A DNA stretch of 64,000 nt from Desulfurococcaceae archaeon (GTDB lineage: Archaea; Thermoproteota; Thermoprotei_A; Sulfolobales; Desulfurococcaceae): contig JAWAJB010000001.1 of assembly GCA_038888155.1 (NCBI GenBank), positions 288,001-352,000 on the forward strand. The letters are read 5' to 3'. The notes beneath the pieces were generated by a model. That model saw only the letters and a program-made list of their open reading frames with translations. It ran no database searches and was not told where the DNA came from. Within the stretch, counting starts at the first letter, position 1, and every line of letters starts with the position of its first letter. The position numbers and the translations under genes are program-made. Positions 57,450-64,000 of the stretch are shown here, in pieces.

Positions 57450-59855
57450 TTGAAAAAAGAGAAAATCAAGATCATCGGCGTAGACTGCCCTACCTGCATT
57501 CTATCTATTCAAAGAAGCCTCCAGAGGGTTAACGGCTTCCGCTCAATTAACGTTGATATCTCAACTGGGGAGTCAACTATCGTCCACGATGAAAGCTGTA
57601 GCTTAAGGGATATTTACAGGGCCATTAGGGATGCAGGGTATGACATATACAAAGAGGTAGTCGTTCTATTCCTGCCTGATCTTGCCGAGGATCAATACAC
57701 TCGCGTTGAATCTGCGTTGATGAATGAACGGGGCGTAATCGAGGTCAAGGTCTCTGTAGTCAGCAAATTAGTCAAAGTGGCATACAACCCTTTCTCTTTA
57801 TCTAAGGGCGACGTAGTTGAGTCCCTAAGAAGGATGGGGTTAAAGCCAGTAGAGTCTCTAGACAAGGATGCTCAGGGCAAGTTCACCAATTTCACGCCCT
57901 ACCGCCGAGTTGTAGGGTTTGTGCTTGGATCCGCGGTTTTGCTCCTTGGCATGTCGTCAATGAGCTTGAGCCCTTATATAGGCAACATTGAGTTGCTTTT
58001 AGTTTCCGCAACAGTAGCAGTGTTGCTCCTCGGGTACGATATTCTCATGAGGGGCTTGAAGGGCCTCGCCAGAGGATCGCCAGTAATGGATTCGCTAATT
58101 GCGTTTTCCACTATTTCAACATTTTCAGCTGGACTGTTGGCGCATCTAGGTATATACGATTTTGGTCACTTATTACACGCTTCGTCCTTTCTTGAGGCTT
58201 CAGCGGGTATTATGGGCTTTACAAGCATAGGTAGGTACTTAGAGGAGCGATTAAAGAGGAGAGCATTTAAATCTCTAGAGGAACTAGCCAACTCTATTTA
58301 CGGCAGAGCGAGAGTAGTTACTGAAAACCAACTTATTGAGAGGCCTGTTAGCGAAGTCGTCCCAGGAGAAGTCGTAGAGGTAAAGAGCGGCGAGTTCATC
58401 CCAGTGGATGGCATTGTAGTTGAGGGAGAGGGCTACGTGGATGAGTCCACCTTCACGGGCGAATCCCTCCCCGCTCTAAAGAAGAGCGCGAGTAGAGACC
58501 CCGTCCTCGCCGGCAGCATCTTAGTGAGCGGGTACTTAAGGGTGAGAACAACTAGAGCGTCCAAGGATACACTGCTGTACTACATAGTCGAGACGGTCAA
58601 GGAAGCCCAGTTTTACAAGCCCTCCATATCTAGGCTGGCCGACAGAGTTGTAGGTGTTTTCACTTGGATTGTTATAGGCATAGCTATACTCACTCTCCTC
58701 TATTGGTGGATATTGAGGGGCAGTCTAGAAATGGGCGTAATCTTCACGGCGGCAGTCCTCACGGTCGCCTGTCCATGTGCGCTTGGGTTGGCTATCCCCA
58801 TGGCTGTCTCTATAGCAGTGCTTAGAGCGTCTAGGAGGGGCGTCTTAATACGCGCTGGTGACGTCTTCGAGAGAATAGTTAAGGGCAACTCAATTATCTT
58901 CGATAAAACTGGGACTCTCACTGTTGGCAAGCCCGTTTTAGTGGAGATCCACAAGGCGAAAAACATCGACACGGGCAAACTAATGAAATATATTTGCGGC
59001 GTAGAGTCTAAGAGCGAACACGCTATCTCCAAGGCTATAGTGGAGTACTGTAGCTCTCGAGGAATTGAGCTATACTCTGACGGCGTAGACTACGAGTACT
59101 TCCCTGGAATGGGCGTGATTGGCGGAATAAAGGACGTTGGGAAGGTAGTAATAGGGAATGCAGAGTTGCACAGCAAAATGGGCATAGATCTAAACGGCGA
59201 AGTCCTAGAGAGAGTTAGAGATATAGGCAGGAGGGGGAGAACTCCTGTCATTGTGTCGTTTAACTCTGAGGTAGAGGCAGTTTTAGAGGTAGGCGACAGG
59301 CTGAGAGAGGACGCACAAGCTGTAATCAAAGAGCTAAAGAAAAGGGGGTACAGAGTTGGAATAGCTAGCGGCGACATCAAGGAGAGCGTAGAGTATTACG
59401 CAGGGCTGTTAGGAGTTGACTTCTATTACTATGGACTAAAGCCAGATGAGAAAGCAGATTTAATAAAAGATCTTTTGTCTAAAGGAGTTAGAACCATATA
59501 CGTAGGCGACGGCATAAACGACGCTGTCGCTATAACCTCCTCTTACCTCGGCGTAGCAATGGGGGGAGGCTCTGATGTATCAAAGGAAGCCGGAGACGCA
59601 ATACTAGCAAGCAACAGGCTCTCAGATATAATCTTTATGATCGAGCTAAGCGGAGCAGTGAGAGGGATATCCCTTCAAAACCTACTGTGGGCACTCGTGT
59701 ACAACGTGCTTATGATCCCGCTTGCTGCAGGAGCAGCTTTTTACACGTATGGGCTGTTCATTAGGCCGGAGCTAGCCGCGCTAGCAATGATCCTTAGCGA
59801 TATAAGTGTTGTCTCTAACTCTCTCAGGATCTTAGCTAAAAACCTTACTTTATGA
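57450..59855 (+). CDS. copA: Copper-translocating P1B-type ATPase
   Basis: HMA CPTC, TGES, CPC, DKTGT, GDGIND, YN and MxxS. Confidence 0.93.
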   Translation: MKKEKIKIIGVDCPTCILSIQRSLQRVNGFRSINVDISTGESTIVHDESCSLRDIYRAIRDAGYDIYKEVVVLFLPDLAEDQYTRVESALMNERGVIEVKVSVVSKLVKVAYNPFSLSKGDVVESLRRMGLKPVESLDKDAQGKFTNFTPYRRVVGFVLGSAVLLLGMSSMSLSPYIGNIELLLVSATVAVLLLGYDILMRGLKGLARGSPVMDSLIAFSTISTFSAGLLAHLGIYDFGHLLHASSFLEASAGIMGFTSIGRYLEERLKRRAFKSLEELANSIYGRARVVTENQLIERPVSEVVPGEVVEVKSGEFIPVDGIVVEGEGYVDESTFTGESLPALKKSASRDPVLAGSILVSGYLRVRTTRASKDTLLYYIVETVKEAQFYKPSISRLADRVVGVFTWIVIGIAILTLLYWWILRGSLEMGVIFTAAVLTVACPCALGLAIPMAVSIAVLRASRRGVLIRAGDVFERIVKGNSIIFDKTGTLTVGKPVLVEIHKAKNIDTGKLMKYICGVESKSEHAISKAIVEYCSSRGIELYSDGVDYEYFPGMGVIGGIKDVGKVVIGNAELHSKMGIDLNGEVLERVRDIGRRGRTPVIVSFNSEVEAVLEVGDRLREDAQAVIKELKKRGYRVGIASGDIKESVEYYAGLLGVDFYYYGLKPDEKADLIKDLLSKGVRTIYVGDGINDAVAITSSYLGVAMGGGSDVSKEAGDAILASNRLSDIIFMIELSGAVRGISLQNLLWALVYNVLMIPLAAGAAFYTYGLFIRPELAALAMILSDISVVSNSLRILAKNLTL

Positions 59856-60833
59856 AACTAAGAGAGCCAAGATAACTGATAGAATTGACGGAATTAAGCC
59901 GTATTTAAACAGCTGCTTTAGCGCTTGCTCTATCCTGTAGCGCCCCATGATGTTCTTTACAGTTATAGCTACTAAAAGTAGGGCGATATACTTAGCGGAA
60001 AGGACAAGCAGCCCCTCCAGGGATAGGTGCCTGAATGGAGCTGGTCCGCCTAGCAACAAGTATGTACCAGTTAGCACAGCTATCACTAGGTCCAAGTCGT
60101 GGAGTAGCCTCGCGAGAGCTAGCAGTGGACCTGAGAACTCTGTTTCAAACCCCGCGATTAGCTCTTGCTCAGCCTCTGGGATATTGAACGGCGGGAGCAT
60201 TACCTTTGCCTGAATGCTGACAGCGAAGGCAATTAGTGAAAGTACCATTATAAACCCCGTAATGGGGTTCAACCACAAGCTGGGGATGCCGATGTAGCCC
60301 GCACTAATGCTCATAAAGGGCGCTCTTGCTCGAGTGGCTAGGTACAGCGGAACTACGAGGCTTGCGAAGTAAGTAGGCTCACCTATAGTGGCCATTGAGA
60401 GCATGCGCGAAATGCCGATGCTAGTGTACGGACCCGGCATTGCTAGCGAGGCCATTGTGAGCATAAATAGGGGCATAACGCTCGTCATGTAGAAGAATAT
60501 TAGTAGGTCGAACTCGCTCCTCACGCTATAGAAGCTCAGCGGCAACAGTATGATCGAGCCCGCTATGAAGGCTATTCCAGCTAGTAGCGAGATCTCCGCC
60601 GTCCTTATCATGCTGTACTTTGTTCGCGCTATCTCCTTTACCCTTAGGAGCTTAATGAAGTCGAATAAAGGCTGGAGTATACCCAGCGGCCCAACGTAGC
60701 TAGGTCCCATTCTCCTTTGATACCTTGCGCTTATTTTCCTAACGAGGTACTGTGTAAAAAACGCTAGTGTTATTAAAAAGAGCAACCCTGGGAAAACTGT
60801 TACGCTGAGGATCGCCACTAGGAGCTCTATCAA
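59850..60833 (-). CDS. NuoH/MbhM-like membrane subunit
   Basis: RRMGP, QPLFDFIKL, PFNIPEAEQEL.AG..TEFSG. Confidence 0.9.
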   Translation of the reverse strand: MIELLVAILSVTVFPGLLFLITLAFFTQYLVRKISARYQRRMGPSYVGPLGILQPLFDFIKLLRVKEIARTKYSMIRTAEISLLAGIAFIAGSIILLPLSFYSVRSEFDLLIFFYMTSVMPLFMLTMASLAMPGPYTSIGISRMLSMATIGEPTYFASLVVPLYLATRARAPFMSISAGYIGIPSLWLNPITGFIMVLSLIAFAVSIQAKVMLPPFNIPEAEQELIAGFETEFSGPLLALARLLHDLDLVIAVLTGTYLLLGGPAPFRHLSLEGLLVLSAKYIALLLVAITVKNIMGRYRIEQALKQLFKYGLIPSILSVILALLVS

Positions 60834-60838
60834 CTAGA

Positions 60839-61189
60839 TCACCTCGTGAACAACACTACGAGCGAGAGGACAATTGCTGTTATAATTAGAATAGAGAGCC
60901 ACGATGAAATAAACCTATACCAGTCGTGGAGGCTACCTGTGTGAATCTTCTCAATTAAGGCGCTGTATATAGACTTGGCAAATTTCCTTATGAATCCCCA
61001 GTAGAGGGATCCTACGCTTGGTGTTGTGCTTGAAACCACTACTTCTGGCTCGCCGGACAGGTACACAGGGGTCTCTCGCACGCGCTTCCCCTTAAGGAGG
61101 TAGTACATAAATATCAGCAGAGCTAGGACAAGGCCTGCCGATACAGTGGTTAAGTAAACTGCCTCGTATGGACTAGTGTACAGCTTCAT
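60839..61189 (-). CDS. MbhI-like membrane subunit
   Basis: TM, YLSGE, YWGF, HTGSLHDW, TM. Confidence 0.75.
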   Translation of the reverse strand: MKLYTSPYEAVYLTTVSAGLVLALLIFMYYLLKGKRVRETPVYLSGEPEVVVSSTTPSVGSLYWGFIRKFAKSIYSALIEKIHTGSLHDWYRFISSWLSILIITAIVLSLVVLFTR

Positions 61190-61195
61190 GCAATA

Positions 61196-62785
61196 TCACC
61201 CAAGTAGCCATATGAATAGCTCTTGAGGAATTTTGTCTAGGGCAGCCATGATATACCGCCTGATCCCCTCTGTAGATATTGCGCTAAGGGCTGCGCTATT
61301 ATATGATGTCCACGTGTGCTGGAAAAGCACGCCGAGTACTAGCAGAGAGACGGCCATAGCTAGTAGCATTATCTCAATCCACCCGCCCTTTACAGGGCGC
61401 TTTGGTTCACTCCCAGTTGCAAAGACTACTGCTGATATGACCTTCATGTAGCCTGGAATAGATAGAGCAGATATTGCAATAATTATAATAGCGCCAATTA
61501 AATACCCGCCGTTAAGGTAGCCCAGTGTAATTAACAGCTTTGAGTAGAAGCCGAGAAACGGGAGGAATCCAGCTAAGTTGAGGAAGCCAAGCACTAACGC
61601 TAAAGATGTAATGGGGTAGTACCTGCCTATCCCCCGCATGTTGTCTAGGTCCCTCGACTCTGCAGCGTCTATTAGAATGCCGCTAGCCATGAAGAGCAAA
61701 GCCTTGGCGACGCCGTGGGCAATAATGTGAATAGTTGCCCCAGTCATGGCGAGCTCAATAGCTTCGCGTGCACCAGCGAGGAAGCCAACAGAAATTCCGA
61801 GGTAGATTATGCCTACATGGCATATCGTGCTATACGCCAGTAGCCTCTTAATATCTCTTTGAGTCATCATCATTAGCGCGCCGACAATTCCACTAGCTGC
61901 TCCAAGTATAGACAAGAATACTAGGGTTATCTCCCTAAAACCACCGGCAACGCTGTCAGTCCCGAAAATAGTGTAGAGGAACCTTACTGTAGCGTAAATA
62001 CCTATGTTAACAACTAGCCCTGAAAGGGCTGCAGAAACAGGAGTAGGCGCCTCCGGGTGGGCGTCGGGCAACCAAAAGTGGTTTGGAAACAGAGCGGACT
62101 TGTACGTGAATACCCACAGCGCAAAGGATATAGTGAGCACGCTAATGTACTTAAATGCCAGCGGTAAATTGGGAGACCTAGTGTATATGGACAACAAGGC
62201 CATGTTAACAGTTCCGTAGCCAGCGTACGTTATTATTACAGCAGTAAAGTAGAGTACTGTGGCTACAGCACCTATAAGGGCGTACTTTGCCGCCGCTTCA
62301 ACTGCCTCTGCTCTATCTCTGTGGTAGGCAACTAACCCGTACGCAGATATGCTGAGCACTTCGATCATTACGAACAGGTTAAACGCGTCGCCAGTGTACG
62401 TGCAGCCCAGCAGGCCTGTCTCTAGGCCCAACAGCAGGGTATAATACCACGTGGGGTCATCAATGTGATGGCCATACCAATATGAGTACACTACAACAGC
62501 CAGCAACACCCAAGATATGAGCAACCCTATGAGAGCATTGAAGGCGTCGATCTCGTACACTATGCCGAAGTGTGGTGGCCACCCGCCGTACAAGTAGAGC
62601 AGGGGTCCCATTTTTTGGACATGGTAGAATACTGCAGTCGATGAAATGGCTGCGAACACAGAAGCAATAACAGCTACGACGAAGGAACAGCGCGGTACCT
62701 TAAAGAGCTTAGTCATTGGAATTATAAATGCTGACAGCGCGAGTATAGGGGTTAGCAAGCCTAACAGATTTACTGCGAATTCCAA
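61196..62785 (-). CDS. MrpD/MbhH-like antiporter subunit
   Basis: GDAFNLFVMIE, HFWLPDAHPEAP, KRLLAYS. Confidence 0.92.
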   Translation of the reverse strand: MEFAVNLLGLLTPILALSAFIIPMTKLFKVPRCSFVVAVIASVFAAISSTAVFYHVQKMGPLLYLYGGWPPHFGIVYEIDAFNALIGLLISWVLLAVVVYSYWYGHHIDDPTWYYTLLLGLETGLLGCTYTGDAFNLFVMIEVLSISAYGLVAYHRDRAEAVEAAAKYALIGAVATVLYFTAVIITYAGYGTVNMALLSIYTRSPNLPLAFKYISVLTISFALWVFTYKSALFPNHFWLPDAHPEAPTPVSAALSGLVVNIGIYATVRFLYTIFGTDSVAGGFREITLVFLSILGAASGIVGALMMMTQRDIKRLLAYSTICHVGIIYLGISVGFLAGAREAIELAMTGATIHIIAHGVAKALLFMASGILIDAAESRDLDNMRGIGRYYPITSLALVLGFLNLAGFLPFLGFYSKLLITLGYLNGGYLIGAIIIIAISALSIPGYMKVISAVVFATGSEPKRPVKGGWIEIMLLAMAVSLLVLGVLFQHTWTSYNSAALSAISTEGIRRYIMAALDKIPQELFIWLLG

Positions 62786-62796
62786 GTTCTCTCACC

Positions 62797-63303
62797 TCAA
62801 TCGAAAATTTTCCCTGAGTACTCCTCAAAGACCCTTGAAATCTGCTCTCTGGCTTGAGTTGGTTCCAGAGTCTTAGCATCTATCCAGTGGACATAAAAAA
62901 CTTTTTCCGACTCGTCAACTTCAACGACTATTGTGCCCGGGGTATTGCATATACTGCATGCAACAGCTGTCTTAGCGTAATCTGTCTGTACATTGAAGGG
63001 GACCTTAACTATTGCTGGGTTTACCGGAGCTTTGGGGTGAAGTATGCGCTTGATTACATCAACGTGTGCCTTTGTTTCATCTACTATGAAGTACCTGAGC
63101 GCGTATCTCAGCAAGTAGTACCACCTTCTCGGGTTTAGTGGCTTAGATGCGTCTTTTAGTGTTATATTAGAGAAGAGAATCCCAACGAAAACTGCTGTGA
63201 TCAACCCTGTCGCCAAGTCGTATATCGAGTAGCTCCCCGAGAATACTATGTAAATCAAAAAGGCGAGACACAAAACTATAAGTGCTCTACTTAGTGAAGT
63301 CAA
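62797..63303 (-). CDS. MnhE/MbhA-like subunit
   Basis: NPAIVKVP, SICNTPGT, YVHWI. Confidence 0.9.
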   Translation of the reverse strand: MTSLSRALIVLCLAFLIYIVFSGSYSIYDLATGLITAVFVGILFSNITLKDASKPLNPRRWYYLLRYALRYFIVDETKAHVDVIKRILHPKAPVNPAIVKVPFNVQTDYAKTAVACSICNTPGTIVVEVDESEKVFYVHWIDAKTLEPTQAREQISRVFEEYSGKIFD

Positions 63304-63308
63304 TTAGA

Positions 63309-63725
63309 TCACCCCTTGAGCCTCCTTATATCCCTCATATCAAGGGTCTTGTAGTGAGTGTACATTATGTAGCCGAGGAAAATGAGGAAGAGAGTAACTG
63401 CTAGCCCTATGACAATAGCTGTCAACACTAAGGCCTGGGGCAGGGGGTCAACTGCTTGTCTTACAAAATTAAATACAGCCCAGGGTGTAGGCTCGGATGT
63501 TAAAACTGGGGGCCTAGGGCTCGTTTCGCTAGTCCACCTCCTGTAGCCCAAGTATATAGCAAAAGTGTTAACGGAGTCAGACAGTATAGTCAAAGCGATG
63601 ATTTTCTTGGTGTAGTGAGGCTTAAAGAATATTCCGTACAGCGATATCACTGTATTTATAAGCAGAGCCGAGAGAGTTATAGAGAGCAAGTACGTGTTAA
63701 TTAAGCTCATATCCACACTACTCAC
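63309..63725 (-). CDS. MnhC/MbhG-like subunit
   Basis: KKIIAL, VDPLPQALVLTAIVIG. Confidence 0.92.
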   Translation of the reverse strand: MSSVDMSLINTYLLSITLSALLINTVISLYGIFFKPHYTKKIIALTILSDSVNTFAIYLGYRRWTSETSPRPPVLTSEPTPWAVFNFVRQAVDPLPQALVLTAIVIGLAVTLFLIFLGYIMYTHYKTLDMRDIRRLKG

Positions 63726-64000
63726 CCCACTTCAGAAGTAGAAGGATTATGAACACCATTGTGAAGCCAGCAGCAACGGCTAGCATTTCAAACAAGTTGA
63801 AAAACCATAAGGTGCCGCTTATTAACACGTCGCCGATGTAGTTGGGCAATCCAGCTGGAGCGTTGGGCTTTGGCATGTTTTGGAACACGTATCCAAAGCT
63901 TCCCGACGCTAACCCAACAAGGAATGCAGATACAGCTGTTATGCCTATTCCAGTTAAGCCAATGCTCCTCAAGGCGAGCATTTTGTTTGTAGTAATTCCC
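63718..64000 (-). CDS. MnhB/MbhF-like subunit (5' end outside the window)
   Basis: SGTLWFFNLFEMLAVAAGF C-terminus; operon context. Confidence 0.7.
   Translation of the reverse strand, partial: GITTNKMLALRSIGLTGIGITAVSAFLVGLASGSFGYVFQNMPKPNAPAGLPNYIGDVLISGTLWFFNLFEMLAVAAGFTMVFIILLLLKWGE

Noticed and set aside
122-63138. Many short ORFs antisense to or overlapping confident genes (e.g. 122-403, 6671-7153, 8113-8637, 47690-48142, 57141-57338)
   Set aside because: Shadow ORFs with no motifs; the opposite strand or another frame carries the recognisable gene.
1-64000. CRISPR array or rRNA genes
   Set aside because: No regularly spaced 24-40-bp repeats and no rRNA-like sequence seen.

Overview
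Archaeal chromosome segment, most likely from a (hyper)thermophilic Thermoproteota member (Desulfurococcales/Thermofilales-like). This rests on archaeal ribosomal genes (S19e, L39e, L31e, LX, P0/P1), GGTGA-type RBSs, BHB-intron tRNAs, the PolB2 locus and an Mbh/Mrp-type operon. Two accessory regions stand out. (1) Positions 1-11.7 kb, next to the 3' end of tRNA-Gly(GCC), hold a two-ORF type IIG-like restriction-modification system, AbrB, Zn-ribbon and wHTH genes, and a 966-aa TraG/VirD4/HerA-like ATPase with a C-terminal wHTH plus PD-(D/E)xK-like module. Divergent from it are a VirB2/CedA1-like pilin and a minimal type IV pilus set (class III pilin, ATPase, TadC-like protein). (2) Positions 17.9-22.8 kb look like a decayed SSV-type integrated element: a lone 3' half of tRNA-Ala(TGC) read through by an Int(N)-like frame, an Int(C)-like remnant at the far end, and several pseudogenes (Zn-ribbon, DUF6884-like, GIY-YIG-like). 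The rest is mostly housekeeping: GAPDH, hydrolases, a helicase, the pst operon, dcd/thyX/nrdG/nrdD (with a 400-aa intein), a translation cluster, alaS, PolB2, CopA and Mbh/Mrp subunits. All family assignments come from motif recognition by eye; no database searches were run.
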